Part shown: in pieces, positions 9,737-21,901 of the stretch
Numbering within the stretch: the first letter of the stretch is position 1
Layout: every line of letters starts with the position of its first letter
Source: Tetramitus jugosus
Lineage: Eukaryota; Protista; Heterolobosea
Assembly: GCA_937625935.1 (NCBI GenBank)
Contig: OW569391.1
Span: 62,001-126,000, forward strand
DNA: 64,000 bases
Reading direction: 5' to 3'
Translations under genes and position numbers: made by a program
The notes under the pieces: model-generated
Database searches by the model: none
What the model was told of the DNA's origin: nothing
The model's input: the letters and a program-made list of their open reading frames with translations, nothing else

Positions 9737-12700
9737 ATGTCGTCGTCATCATCATCACATCAACAAACAACACCAACGACACCAACACCAATCACACCAA
9801 CAACAACAACACACATTCATGACAATATTCGGCAACAAAACAATGAAATGATCAAACAATACAAATGGAAGTACTTTCGAGATGCCATCCAATCAGCCAT
9901 TCAACTATTTGACAAATCGAGAGAGTGGGCCGATCTCATCAAATGCCTCAAACAACTTGTTCAAGTACTAGACCGCTATCAACAATATCCTCTCATACCA
10001 GAGAGTCTCACAGTGAGTAAACGACTCTCACAGTGTCTCAATCCGAATTTGCCTACAGGTGTCCATATCAAAGTACTCGAAGTGTATGATCAAGTGCTCA
10101 AACAAGTGGGTCATCAGAGATTGGCACTCGATTTGAGTGTTTGGAGTGGTGGATTGTTTGCTTTTTTGCCATATGCCAGTTTACAAGCAAAACCGTTGGT
10201 CATGGACCTGTTGGAACGCTATTATTTGCCATTGCCTGTCCCTGCGCTTGTTCCGTGCATGACTGCTCTCATATTGTCCGTGTTGAGCGTGTTGGAGGAG
10301 GAGTCTGGTGGTGAAGTGTCGAATCGTGCACGAGTCTTCTTGGATCGAATGCTGGGAAAGATGAGTGCGGTAGAAGAGTTGGAAACAACAAATTATTTGA
10401 ACATGTTTTATCAGTGCTTGTGGAAGTGTGTTTTGTTGACGCCTCAGTACAGAGTCGCAGCAATCGGATACTTGACTCATGTGATCAAGAAGAGAAAATT
10501 GGAGAATGCTGACCAGTTTCCATTGGAAGTGTTTGCTCAGAACACACAATTGGTTGTCTCCAGTGTGGTGGCATCACTTCACGATCCTTCTATATTGGCT
10601 CAGAGAGCAGCACTCGAACTGTTGTCGACACAGATTACATTTGATGCAAACATTCTTGACAAGCAGTGTTATCAGGTGCTGTTGAGAAATAGTTTGTTGT
10701 TGCTGTGCAAGCGTGATTTATCGATAAATCGAAGACTGTTTCAATGGTTGTTTGGCAACACGGCATCACAATTCGATCCAGACTACTTTTCAAAGCATTC
10801 ACTGGCCGTGCTCATTGATTCTATTCGGGCATTGATGAAGTCGGAGGACTCTGAACGATATGGTGATGCATCACAACCGCTGACTGTTGTTTTACTGTTG
10901 TTGCAGGCTGATTTTCCTATAACTATACAGTCTCAAATATCGTGCAGTGTGATTGAGAGTATGCTCTATTATTTGCACAGTCATTTGGAGGGAGCAGATT
11001 CACAGAATGTTGTCGATTCTTTCTTGCAACTGTTTCCATTGATGGAACCAAAGTCAATCGTGTGGGATTGTCTAATATCTATATTGAAGGAGGCAAACAA
11101 TTGTTCCAATATCACAACCAGCGACAATGACGCCCAATATCTACAACTCATTGATTTAGTCGGAGGTGTGTTCAGTATTTTGTACTCTGAGAAGTTGGAT
11201 CATATTTTATTGATTGGATTAGAAGTGGAGTTGTTAAAGTTCTTGCATGATCGTACTCGATCTCAGAGACCTAATGTAGAGATTATTGAGACTTCACTGT
11301 TGTTGTGTATCAATATTTTTACCAAGATACCATGCACAGATGAGAATAAGTCTATTATCGAGCAGATTTATACCAAGGTGGAGCGAATATTCGGCCTCTT
11401 TGTCACAAAGATTATTTTCAACAAGGAAGATGAACACCAGTCAGCAAGTGCAGTCATTGAACACTCTTTGTTCAATGATGTCTTTAAGAGCGCTTGCACA
11501 TTTATGACAATCCTGTTGTCCAAGACCTGTCAAGAGTGTTCCGAGTCCGTCAGTCCTCCAACTATCACAAATATCCCTAAATTCGTGAGTTACATATTCA
11601 AATGTTGTATGGAACATGAGGACTTGCATGTTGTGGTATTCAGTATCGAAACATTTTTGGGATTGGTCACGAAACAAGAATGTGGACTCGATGCACGAAT
11701 CCAACAATATATTGTTCGAAATACGAACAACTTTAACCACTTGGAGCATATTATTCGACGATTATGGAGCTTGTTAACTCCTGAAACTGCTTTGGTTCAC
11801 TTTGAAGCTGTTAAGCTCCTTGTCGAGATTCATGGATTGAATCGCAAGTTGTGCAACTCAATTCTATCTGATTACATGTTGGACTCCAACATAGATGTCA
11901 AGGTTGAAGCACACAGAAGATTTGCACTCATTTGGCGATTGATTGATGAGTTAGGTATTGAAACGAGAGTGTTTGACGAAGGAATGTTCCTCATGCTTGA
12001 TTCGATCAAATCTGATGATTCAAACTTGAGATTGGCTGGCCGCTCTTGGTTGATATCTTCATTCAGGAAGATGTATAGAATACTGGATCCATTATTCCAG
12101 ACACTCATCGATCAGGAATTCGTTCGCATAGGTGCCTTGATAGATTCAAATGGCTCTGAGTCAACAATCAGTAAGAGGAAGTCATTAGCTGTTGCTCATT
12201 CTCCTTACGATCAAGAGCGTTGTAAATATGTGCTAAGCATCTGGAATGCAATGTTGCAAGTTGCACCTAGAAACTTTATTCAACGTGCTATGGAGCTCCA
12301 GTTAACGGAAGATGTTCAAACAAATTTCAAGAAGCACACCCGAAAGAACTTTTATCCTTTGGTGCCAGATCAAGCAGAGCTTGCACCGTCATCACTCTTC
12401 AATTTCGACTCCAAAGATTACTTCTCTCTTATTGTCACAACCTGTGTACAATTTATGGAATGTGGTGTAATATTCGAACCAAATCGTCCCTCCAAGGAGC
12501 AAAATTTCACTCTATCTGACAAAACTGTTCTCGAGGAGTCCATTAGAACAAAAAGTATTGTTTTTCTAAGAGACATACTAATTAACGGAAAGATGTTTAA
12601 CCGAACTACAGATTTTGCCCAAGCATTAGTAGAGGTTGTGCTTTTGCATTTGAGGAACTCTGTGGAAACGAACGATGCTGTATTCCAGGTTGAAATTTTG

Positions 12701-15682
12701 GGAATATTGCATACGCTGCTCGCCCATCTACATGCTCATTCATCTACAAACGGATCCACTACCGTCAATTATCAGAGCCGCTCACTATTGATGGATAGTA
12801 CCTCGACACCAATTGTGGTTCTTGTGCATTCACCAAACTTTTTACCAACACTTCTTCAGGGAATATTGGTCGCGAATGAGTCACAAATCAATCCTGCATT
12901 CTATTCGTACTCTCTTCTGAACTATTGGGTTGATTATGTGAGCTCTTTTCTGCCATTCTTAGAGACTGCTTTGCCATTTGTCGTTACGTCAGTTGTGCCT
13001 CATTTCTGTAATATTATCAGAGATAATGCTCAATCTGGAATCGATAGTTTAAGATCTCAGGCTATTCAGAAGCTCCTAGAAGGCTTAAAGAAGATTCTTA
13101 CCTACTGTGTCTTGGAATACAATGGCGCAGAGCTACAAAACAGTATGGATGGTATGACTGTCGATGAGATACCATCGTCCTCAGTGCTGAGTTCAGCCAC
13201 CTCCACTGTGGCAATGCCATTTAGGATGATAACTGATCTAGTGAAAGATGTGTTTACGCATGAAGAGGTTGTAATCAAGAACGAAATTGTTTCTCCTGCC
13301 TCTGAAGCTCAACAATTTATGCTTTCTGAGCTACCTGTCGTGTTAGAAACCATGGCAGTAGTATGGAAAGCTCTACGTGCTCCTTACACAACTGACAAAT
13401 CAGTTACTAGCCTCAATAGAAAGGGAGGTAGCAGCTTAGGATTAGTACAGTATGGATCCTTGCACACAAAGTATGTTATTGAACAGGGCATTGTGAACTT
13501 TATTGATCCATTGATAGATCGCTACAGATCACAATTAGCTGCTTCTTTGGTCGTTCTATGGAGCAATCTTCACCCAGAGATAGAAAAATCAATTGAATTT
13601 GTAGCTCACGATTTGGACTCTCATCTGATTGACATCTTGAATAATGTCGACTCAGCAACACCTGAAACAATAATGACATCGATTGTCGAAGTCATCTCCA
13701 ATATTCGCCAGAATAGAACTCTAAAGCTGTCGACAACAACCGACGATGACACATCTGCTGCACACGACAATTCAAGATTGGACTACCAATTCAAAATGCG
13801 TGAGCATGTAGCGTTGGGATTCCTGCAAGTATACCTGAGAAGATGTATTTTGACAGATAAGGCATCCTTTATTCTAACTAAATTATTGCAGTTGGTTCGT
13901 GAATATGTCTCCGTACCTAACTCATCCGCCTCATCACTCAACAATATGGATCTCATGGTAATCTCGATGCTTTTGAAAACGCTACATGCTTTCCTTGCTC
14001 GTTGGAACATGCAAAGTGAAGATAAAAAGATCAGATTGAGATTGATGGAATCGTTCCATCAACTTTTTGGTACGGGTCTACAGGTTTGTGTTCGTGAGAT
14101 GAATTTACGCAAGAATCAATTCATCAAGAACTCAAAGAATCCAAAACTTGGTATTGCTGAAAAGGAGAAACTTCTTCGAGCTGAATTGCATGATGAAACC
14201 GATCCATCTCTACAATTTCTGAAGATGATGGCTGATCATTTAGTCAGCTTTATGGACAAGATTCCACACGACTATACTGCCACTAGCAATCTCATCAACA
14301 TAGTGTTGAACCCCATCATGATTATTTTGAAGAATAATGCGATTGTGAATCTTCAACGAACTCATTACATGGTTCAATTGCTGTCAAAGTTCAACTCTCC
14401 CATGTTGAATATGAAGCCTCTGCGCAAGGAACTGTGGGATCTCTTCTATACCCCAACATTCTTCAAAGTTCAAAAAGATACTATCGAATTATGGAAAGTA
14501 GTGTTCCACACGTTGCTCAATGGAGGAGAAACGATTGAACAAAGTTCAGTTCAAAATGAAGAGGAAGTGCTTTTGTTCGAGCAACAACAACTGATCCAAA
14601 AGGAAAACAAGGTGCTCTTCTCTGACTTACTGAACAGGTTTAATGCTACTCAATCAATCTTCACTTCTCGAGACTCCGAAGCCCTACAAAGAGCTAATCT
14701 CTTGAAGAGACTAGGTTTCATCCTGTATACGGCCGGTGTGGATGACTATCACTCCTTCCTCCAGAGTATTCTGGAGAAGATGGTAGAGAGCTTAAAGTTA
14801 AATCCTTCAACTTCTAGCAATAACGTCCTGGTAACGAACATTCTGTTTTGTCTCAGAATTTTGATTACTCGCGTCTCTCCTATGAATCTATCACCTATTT
14901 GGCCAATGGTGATCACTGAATTATTGAAAATATTCTCGAACTTGGAGACTTTGAACGAAGCAAAAGGGGAGACTCTTGTGGTGATGGAAGCTGTCAAGTT
15001 TATCGATTTTGCTCTGGTTGCTCTACCACAAGAATTCCATTTATTCAAATGGATGTTTTGTACGCAAACCAGTTATGATTCGTCTGTGAAAGTCGTATTC
15101 GAACCATACTTGTCTCAAATCGTACACAAGCACTTGTCGCAAGACAGCCAAGCATCGCTACTATCCAAGCAACAGAACCATTTCGATAGTGGCAAGATGA
15201 GAAGGCCTATTGACTCTGATATTTATTCTCAAGACTGGGAGGGTATTGCCAAATTCTCTTCACTACTCATGTCTCAAAAGAGAGAGCAAGAATTGTATTC
15301 AATCTCTCGACCCGATGTTGACCTGGAATACATTAATCAACTATTGGCCAGTGACTTTTCAGAAATCTCATTTGAGGATCAAGCGAGACTTCTCACTGTG
15401 AATTTCGATCCAAACTCACTGGAGAAGAAGGAAGCATGGGTCGTCGTTTCTGTGAAGACCCCATCACTCGACACACCACAAAAGGAAGTCAAGGAAGAAT
15501 CACAAGAGACAACTGCTGATACGGAGGATAACTCTCAACCACAACTATTTGAATCTCAACCCTCTTTGTCAGCCGAGCCAGAAAACAACCAACAACACAC
15601 GATACCACGCGAAGAGGAAGAACATGAAGAAGAAAAAGGTACAAATGACATGGACCATACAAGCGGGACAACAGAACTGTAA
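9737..15682 (+). CDS. DOP1: Dopey/DOP1 endosome-Golgi trafficking protein
   Basis: Dopey_N motifs EWADLI..L, KRLSQCLNPNLPTGVHIKVLEVY, RDLSINRRLFQWL; C-terminal LKRLGF and LSPIWPMVITEL. Confidence 0.95.
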   Translation: MSSSSSSHQQTTPTTPTPITPTTTTHIHDNIRQQNNEMIKQYKWKYFRDAIQSAIQLFDKSREWADLIKCLKQLVQVLDRYQQYPLIPESLTVSKRLSQCLNPNLPTGVHIKVLEVYDQVLKQVGHQRLALDLSVWSGGLFAFLPYASLQAKPLVMDLLERYYLPLPVPALVPCMTALILSVLSVLEEESGGEVSNRARVFLDRMLGKMSAVEELETTNYLNMFYQCLWKCVLLTPQYRVAAIGYLTHVIKKRKLENADQFPLEVFAQNTQLVVSSVVASLHDPSILAQRAALELLSTQITFDANILDKQCYQVLLRNSLLLLCKRDLSINRRLFQWLFGNTASQFDPDYFSKHSLAVLIDSIRALMKSEDSERYGDASQPLTVVLLLLQADFPITIQSQISCSVIESMLYYLHSHLEGADSQNVVDSFLQLFPLMEPKSIVWDCLISILKEANNCSNITTSDNDAQYLQLIDLVGGVFSILYSEKLDHILLIGLEVELLKFLHDRTRSQRPNVEIIETSLLLCINIFTKIPCTDENKSIIEQIYTKVERIFGLFVTKIIFNKEDEHQSASAVIEHSLFNDVFKSACTFMTILLSKTCQECSESVSPPTITNIPKFVSYIFKCCMEHEDLHVVVFSIETFLGLVTKQECGLDARIQQYIVRNTNNFNHLEHIIRRLWSLLTPETALVHFEAVKLLVEIHGLNRKLCNSILSDYMLDSNIDVKVEAHRRFALIWRLIDELGIETRVFDEGMFLMLDSIKSDDSNLRLAGRSWLISSFRKMYRILDPLFQTLIDQEFVRIGALIDSNGSESTISKRKSLAVAHSPYDQERCKYVLSIWNAMLQVAPRNFIQRAMELQLTEDVQTNFKKHTRKNFYPLVPDQAELAPSSLFNFDSKDYFSLIVTTCVQFMECGVIFEPNRPSKEQNFTLSDKTVLEESIRTKSIVFLRDILINGKMFNRTTDFAQALVEVVLLHLRNSVETNDAVFQVEILGILHTLLAHLHAHSSTNGSTTVNYQSRSLLMDSTSTPIVVLVHSPNFLPTLLQGILVANESQINPAFYSYSLLNYWVDYVSSFLPFLETALPFVVTSVVPHFCNIIRDNAQSGIDSLRSQAIQKLLEGLKKILTYCVLEYNGAELQNSMDGMTVDEIPSSSVLSSATSTVAMPFRMITDLVKDVFTHEEVVIKNEIVSPASEAQQFMLSELPVVLETMAVVWKALRAPYTTDKSVTSLNRKGGSSLGLVQYGSLHTKYVIEQGIVNFIDPLIDRYRSQLAASLVVLWSNLHPEIEKSIEFVAHDLDSHLIDILNNVDSATPETIMTSIVEVISNIRQNRTLKLSTTTDDDTSAAHDNSRLDYQFKMREHVALGFLQVYLRRCILTDKASFILTKLLQLVREYVSVPNSSASSLNNMDLMVISMLLKTLHAFLARWNMQSEDKKIRLRLMESFHQLFGTGLQVCVREMNLRKNQFIKNSKNPKLGIAEKEKLLRAELHDETDPSLQFLKMMADHLVSFMDKIPHDYTATSNLINIVLNPIMIILKNNAIVNLQRTHYMVQLLSKFNSPMLNMKPLRKELWDLFYTPTFFKVQKDTIELWKVVFHTLLNGGETIEQSSVQNEEEVLLFEQQQLIQKENKVLFSDLLNRFNATQSIFTSRDSEALQRANLLKRLGFILYTAGVDDYHSFLQSILEKMVESLKLNPSTSSNNVLVTNILFCLRILITRVSPMNLSPIWPMVITELLKIFSNLETLNEAKGETLVVMEAVKFIDFALVALPQEFHLFKWMFCTQTSYDSSVKVVFEPYLSQIVHKHLSQDSQASLLSKQQNHFDSGKMRRPIDSDIYSQDWEGIAKFSSLLMSQKREQELYSISRPDVDLEYINQLLASDFSEISFEDQARLLTVNFDPNSLEKKEAWVVVSVKTPSLDTPQKEVKEESQETTADTEDNSQPQLFESQPSLSAEPENNQQHTIPREEEEHEEEKGTNDMDHTSGTTEL

Positions 15683-15976
15683 ATAGTTATAAAAAGGATT
15701 CATTTCTCCTCCGATTGAATTTTTGAAGTTCAAAAAAAGGTGGCTGTTCGTAGATCGTGGACACGACAACGGCTCATTACGACAAAAAAAGCTGCGAGCT
15801 TCCTCCAAAACAACTTCACAAAACCACAAAGTCGAGTCTACCACCACCACTACCACAAACCTTACTCTAGAGCAACTGCTACCACAGCTCTAAAACGTTC
15901 TCACTCAACACTCGTCCGGACAACCTTGTTTTTCGAGCTTTGACAACATTGAACAATTAATTGTTAATCGTTGAAT

Positions 15977-17212
15977 ATGTTGACTCATCATCACTTTCTT
16001 CAACCACCTCTACAATACTCACCACAATATCATCATCATCAACAACAACAGCAGCAACTACAACATCATCAACAGTTTTACAATCATAACTATACTTCTT
16101 TTCCTCCTCCATCGATTTCTCTTCCAACAGCATCGATTAGTTCTGTGAGCAACAATACCATGACTGCTAACCCTTTAAAATCACCTCAAAAACAAAAACA
16201 GCGTCAAGTCAAGAAAAAGGAACACTCTTACAAGCTAATCGATTCACAACCATTGTCAGACTATAGCTCTTCTGATGATAGCTGTAGCAATAGCAGTGAC
16301 AATAGCAGCTATTCTACAAATAGTAGTGTTCAGAGTCAATCTTCACCTCGAAACCAGAAACAAATTCTCAATGGATCCTCTGTAGAACATGGTTCTACAA
16401 CCAAAATTACAGGACAGCAAATTATTGTTGGTAACGATGGTCCGTACGGTGTGTTCATGAACCGTTCTGGTGTCATTAAATTAGATAGTGATCAGTTTGA
16501 TGATATTGTGGTTCATCACACGAACACCATTGACAATAGTACTACTTTTACCAGTAGTGGAAAAGATCGATACAAGACTGAAATGTGTCGTTCTTGGGAT
16601 GAGTATGGCTATTGTAGATATGGAGACAAGTGCCAGTTTGCTCATGGAGAACATGAATTGAGAGAAGTTTCAAGACATCACAAGTACAAGAGTGAATTGT
16701 GCAATAATTATCACTATGAAGGTACTTGCATGTATGGAATTCGTTGTTGCTTCATCCATAAGGTATCTCCTGAAGATATGGGAAGAGCGTTGAGTCAGAA
16801 TATTGATGTCGTATCCCTCAAGTGTCTCTCCCATCGACTGAGCGTTTTCAAGGATGTGTGCGCACTTTGTTCAAGAAATGATCATCCAAACACTCATGTT
16901 ACAGAGCAACCACATGTTTTTGATCCCTATGCTGTGGTCAATCAAGACAACAACAATAACTTTGTCTATCACGACAATAGCAATCAGTCTTACTTTCCAA
17001 TGAACGTCAGTAATCAACCATTAATTGATAACGGTAACTATAGAGTTGCTCCTGCTTCTGTAGCTGCTCCTGAATATATGGAGCACGGTAATCATCCGTT
17101 GATGTTTCCACCACATCCCCAATATTATTTATACCCGAGTATGCCCTCAAATAATCAAGTCCCTCCACAGTATCAAGTACTTCAGACCCATTATGAACCA
17201 ATTCTAAACTAG
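15977..17212 (+). CDS. Tandem CCCH zinc-finger RNA-binding protein (tristetraprolin/ZFP36 family)
   Basis: RYKTEMC-x8-C-x5-C-x3-H and KYKSELC-x8-C-x5-C-x3-H; downstream RLSVF motif. Confidence 0.92.
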   Translation: MLTHHHFLQPPLQYSPQYHHHQQQQQQLQHHQQFYNHNYTSFPPPSISLPTASISSVSNNTMTANPLKSPQKQKQRQVKKKEHSYKLIDSQPLSDYSSSDDSCSNSSDNSSYSTNSSVQSQSSPRNQKQILNGSSVEHGSTTKITGQQIIVGNDGPYGVFMNRSGVIKLDSDQFDDIVVHHTNTIDNSTTFTSSGKDRYKTEMCRSWDEYGYCRYGDKCQFAHGEHELREVSRHHKYKSELCNNYHYEGTCMYGIRCCFIHKVSPEDMGRALSQNIDVVSLKCLSHRLSVFKDVCALCSRNDHPNTHVTEQPHVFDPYAVVNQDNNNNFVYHDNSNQSYFPMNVSNQPLIDNGNYRVAPASVAAPEYMEHGNHPLMFPPHPQYYLYPSMPSNNQVPPQYQVLQTHYEPILN

Positions 17213-17523
17213 ATGAGTGGTCAACGATGAACTCTCATCTTGTACGTTCGAAAACCATCCCCATAATTTATCATCCTCCAAGAAGTCCTATACCAAAGTA
17301 TTGAACCTATTTATTTTTAAGTTATAATGGATCTACATTGCAAATGTTGAACAAACCCCATAAAACACAATTCAGTTTGTTTGTATTCAAGAAGAGTCTT
17401 GGCCAATCAGTAAACACTCATCGGAAAATAATTAGTTGACCGCCGCTTACAAAAAATTTTATGTCGCAAAAACTCAGCATTCACGCAAACAAACTGTGAA
17501 ATTCAAACACCACACAAGGAAAA

Positions 17524-19578
17524 ATGTTGCCTGCAAGAAGAGTGATCATGCAAGGCGCAGCCCGTGCTGCCTTGAAACAACAACAACGAGGCGCACTTCA
17601 AAAGATTATACCTACAACATCATCAGCAGCAACATCAATCAACAACAATAAGACACAATGCCGATATTTTTCACAACCAAAATCCTTATTTGATGACGCC
17701 ACCACCACCAAAACCACAACACAAAAAACCGAGACGACACAAGATGCATTCACACCACAATCCATTGAAGACCACAAGGTAATGAATACTACTATACTAT
17801 ATATTGTTTTATGACTCTCCACCACGAATCTTCGACGAGTGATTCTATAGTTGTCATTTCCTTACCTATACTCACACATATTTGTTTTTTTCAAATGATT
17901 TTTTTTCTTGAAAATGCATGGATGACGAACCATAATCATAATAATAACAACATGTACTACACACATACAGTGGACAGACTTTTTCAATCAAGACTTGGAC
18001 CTTGTCATTTTAAAGAGACTACAGGAACACTACAAGAGTCAGAGAGAACAAGCAGTGTTACCACCACCACCTTCCAATATGCCAAGAGACAGCGACGGAA
18101 ACGAAGTCTTGTACTTTTTTGATGATTTGGTTCAGTACTTGTTTGCACTAGAGTCACCTCGTCGTAAACAATTCATGAAATGGCTCCTCGCAACAAAGAA
18201 TAGAGAATCTCTCGCGAGAAAGATTCATTTTGCATTTGTGAGAACAAAGTTGGCTGCTGCAAACATCAAGGTCGAAGTACCAAGAGAATTGAAGCGTGAA
18301 CAAGTCTATGTCGATCGTTTGATTCGTGCAGGTGAAGATGAATCAGAGCTCTTGGCTGCATTTGGTAGAAAGAGATTGGCAGAGTCAATGGGACTGTCCA
18401 TGAGCCCTGAAGATGCGAGATTGATCCAAAAGTACACATCCAACGATCCATTGGACGAAATTCCAGCCTATTTTGATGAATGGTCCGATTTGAATTTTGA
18501 GGACAAGCACCGACGCACAAACAAACAACACAGTATTTTGAATGCAAAGAAGAGCACTCCAAAACAGACATCTCCTTTCCCTAGCTCATGGAACGAACTT
18601 GCTCTGGAGTTGACTGGTGAAATGCCCCAGTTTGATCATGCATTGAACAATAGTGTTTCCACTGATTCTCAAGAGTTTTTGGACAAGGCATTCCGTGCTG
18701 AGAAGGCTCTCTACTCTGGATTCAACTTTAAGGAAGACGAATTCCAAAAGTACAACATGTTCTTGGATGAGGTCGAAGATGGTACAATGACATCTGAGCG
18801 TATTGAGGGATTGCCTTCCGGAGGTGCCATTGGTGCTGAAGATGAAGAAGCATTGGCATTGGAGTATCCAGAGGAGTCTTATGAGAGACACGGTGCTCGA
18901 GGAACATTCCCAGAGGGTTACTATGGCGACAAGTTTGATCCATTTGAAATCAAGATGAGAAATCCAAAGGGCAAGGCAGTATTGAGTTACCATGCTTTGA
19001 ACAGTGTTCGCTCCTTGTTGCCTGGAACCTTTTTCGATGATGCACATGGTTATGAAGAGTTTGTGCTCAAGAAGAAGCGTACTACTGTGAACAAGAGTCG
19101 TGGTCGTATTGAATCTTACAACAGTTATGTGTTGATTGTCAGTCCTAGTGGCTTTATTGGAGCTGGCTTTGGTGAGGCACAGAGCTCACTCTCTGCTGGA
19201 AAGCAAGCCCGTAAGAATGCAATCTTAAACTTGAGAGCTGTTCCAAGATCTGCCTTCCCATTGATCCGACAGGAAATTCGTGCCAAGTTTATGAAGTCTG
19301 AAGTTTGTTTCTTCCCAAGTACTCACAGAAACCCTGTTGCTCGTCCATTGTTCATGCACATTTTGAGAACTCTTGGTATTGAGTATGTGGCTGTCAAGTG
19401 CTACGGAAGCAGCAATATCATCAACGTTATCCCTGCATTCTTTAGATGCTTGGACAAGCTAAAGACTTTGGAAAAGGAAGCCATGGAACGTGGTATGCTT
19501 CCAACTCACCTATACACGAGAACAGAGGATATGTTGGAGCGAGTGCGACACAACCGTGGTATCTATGGATGGCATTAA
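17524..19578 (+). CDS. MRPS5: Mitochondrial ribosomal protein uS5m; two exons 17524-17778 and 17971-19578
   Basis: Intron GTAATG..CATACAG (17779-17970) joins the frames. Transit-peptide-like exon 1. C-terminal S5 motifs KKRTTVNKSRGRIESYNSYVLI..G.G.GEA..ARKNA and KCYGSSNIINVI. Confidence 0.8.
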
Positions 19579-19837
19579 ATCAAAGGTATTGTTGTCATCT
19601 TGTCACGCATTTATCAAATTGATACGTGGATTTGAACTGACAACACCACCTTAAAACACAATAAAACAGTTTCATATATCAACAACAACAAGCTCCTGAT
19701 GACCTGGAACGATTGGACAAGTTGCATGCCAGCTTTTGATCTGTAGAATCCGTTATCGCTCCGCGGAGCAAATTTCGGTTACAGAAACAATCGTCCATAT
19801 TGTTCTATCCAAAGAGAGAATTTGTTCAATAACAACA

Positions 19838-21226
19838 ATGGCATCTCGGTACGACAATGACAACCAGTACAACAACAACAAAGGAATATTAGTGAGTAAT
19901 CGACCCGAATCACAGCTCCAGTTAACGGAGGAAACCTTTACACATATTCCTTTTCGGATGCCATTCCTTCCCTGTGGTAAAGCACCCATCGATGTGAGTC
20001 ATATCGGGTTGCCACCTGCTAAGGAGGATAGGGAAGGTCATTTCTTTGCTCGGAATCTAATGATGGACAAACAAAGAGAACAGTTCGAGTCCAATGTACA
20101 CATTAAACATAAACGATGGTTGAGAGACTTTGGAGAAGCAAAAGTCGAAGGAAGATTGAATGAAATCGAGGACCAATTAAATAGGCAAGAGCGAAGATCT
20201 AAGTTTGCAGACACACAAGCGAGGTTGAGACAGGCTTTGATGAAGTGCGAAGCGCCTGGGCGTATCCTACAGAGTTCAACCCTAGTAACAGATCCACTAA
20301 CCTCTCAAAAGAGTATCTCATTGACAAAAACGTTGGAGCAAGTAGTGAGAGAGCAGGAGAAGATGGAAAGAGAAAAACTCGAGGGTCAGAAACCGAAGGT
20401 GACAACAAAGTTGAGGAGACCCAAATGGGCAATGAGCGAACAGGAGGCAGAGAAGGCATTAGACGAGGAAGCAGAGGATTTAATTAAATTTGCAAATTCG
20501 TTAAACTTTGAAGAGTTTATAGATGACTATGAAGTAAAGGAAGCTTTAAGTGTGATTCAAACAAAAGTAAAAGCGAAACGAGAGGCTGATGAGAACAATG
20601 AAACAACTAATGAGGAAGGTCAAACTCGAAAAGGTATAACTGTCACTTGGGAGTCCCCACTCGAGAATTTTGCTACGAGTCGGTCTTCGTACTTGGTAGG
20701 GAATGAAGAAACTCAAGCAAAGAAAATGAGCCGACCAACCTCATCTATACAGCATGAACGAGACTGGAATGGCTCGACCAAAGCTGCAGATGGAGAAGCT
20801 ACCTCCCTTCCCATTGTTCCTCCATCACTGAAAGGAATTCACTCGAAAGCATCAGTCAATACGCTGCTGGACAGTCACCTTCGGGTCCGAGATGTCGAGC
20901 GAGAGAAAGATGAAGAAAAGATTGACAGTCTCTTGAAGGATATCTCCACGACAGTGAAGGAATTACAACGAGCCAATCAAACAGTACCTCTTATTGTAAC
21001 CCACGACAAGCACCACATTGGATTACCACAAGTCGTGCGAACACAACAAGATGCAGGCCAACCTAAGGCATTCACCACATCGTCGCAAAACAATTTCATT
21101 GCCAGCAGTTCATACAACATCAATCATGATACATCGGACCAACATGCAAGAGTGTTGCTAAAGCTTCGAAGAGATCCCAACTACGTTCAGAATTTGCCCT
21201 ACTTGTACAGATGTCCCTCCATATAA
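19838..21226 (+). CDS. Hypothetical coiled-coil protein (possibly a conserved flagellar-associated family)
   Basis: Long ORF with conserved-looking blocks PKWAMSE..EAEDLIKFANSLNFEEFIDDYEV and C-terminal NLPYLYRCPSI; function not assigned. Confidence 0.65.
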   Translation: MASRYDNDNQYNNNKGILVSNRPESQLQLTEETFTHIPFRMPFLPCGKAPIDVSHIGLPPAKEDREGHFFARNLMMDKQREQFESNVHIKHKRWLRDFGEAKVEGRLNEIEDQLNRQERRSKFADTQARLRQALMKCEAPGRILQSSTLVTDPLTSQKSISLTKTLEQVVREQEKMEREKLEGQKPKVTTKLRRPKWAMSEQEAEKALDEEAEDLIKFANSLNFEEFIDDYEVKEALSVIQTKVKAKREADENNETTNEEGQTRKGITVTWESPLENFATSRSSYLVGNEETQAKKMSRPTSSIQHERDWNGSTKAADGEATSLPIVPPSLKGIHSKASVNTLLDSHLRVRDVEREKDEEKIDSLLKDISTTVKELQRANQTVPLIVTHDKHHIGLPQVVRTQQDAGQPKAFTTSSQNNFIASSSYNINHDTSDQHARVLLKLRRDPNYVQNLPYLYRCPSI

Positions 21227-21359
21227 TAACTAAGCATTGTAATACTTAGTATCATAACAGGTAATAAAACTTAGCAACAACCATCTTCACAACACAAAAA
21301 CAACAATCAAAACAACAGAACACATCCATATGAAGATTCATTTTTAAATTCTTATTATT

Positions 21360-21830
21360 TTATTCTTCGTCGTCATCTTCTTCGTCATTTGTGCTGTTGT
21401 TCATTGCACTGGACAAATCAAGTTCATCCTTCTTGTTGTTGGATGATGATGTAGATGACTTCTTCTTCTCCAACACCTCATCTTCTCTCAACACCATATT
21501 CGGTATCTTGTTCTTCACAGGATAAATTCTCTGACAGTTCGGACAAACTAATTCTCCGTCAACGACCACAACTTCCATTAAAAGCTTGTGCAATGATTGA
21601 AGGGCAGCAGTGTTCTCAAATACATTGTCAGGTAGAGTATCAGGCAGACCTGCAATCTCCAAATCATTTGCAGCTGATTTCAGAGCACTATAATCCAATT
21701 TTGAGAGCATGTGTTTGATAAAATCAAGGTTTTCTTCTTGTTCGTTTTCAGATTTGTTTGTTGCTTTGATGGTGAGTGGAAAGTGGTCGCACTTGAGGCA
21801 GACCATCATGTTGTGTGTCAAAATTCTCAT
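21360..21830 (-). CDS. TRM112: Methyltransferase activator subunit Trm112
   Basis: MRILTHNMMVC..FPL..LHKLLMEVVVVDGELVCPNCQRIYPVKNKIPNMVL. Confidence 0.95.
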   Translation of the reverse strand: MRILTHNMMVCLKCDHFPLTIKATNKSENEQEENLDFIKHMLSKLDYSALKSAANDLEIAGLPDTLPDNVFENTAALQSLHKLLMEVVVVDGELVCPNCQRIYPVKNKIPNMVLREDEVLEKKKSSTSSSNNKKDELDLSSAMNNSTNDEEDDDEE

Positions 21831-21901
21831 TTTTTTGTGTTGTTTCTCCTCTGTTTGTTGTTTGCTTTTTTGTTGTGTCGGTGAAAGTGGGTGTTTTTTT
21901 T

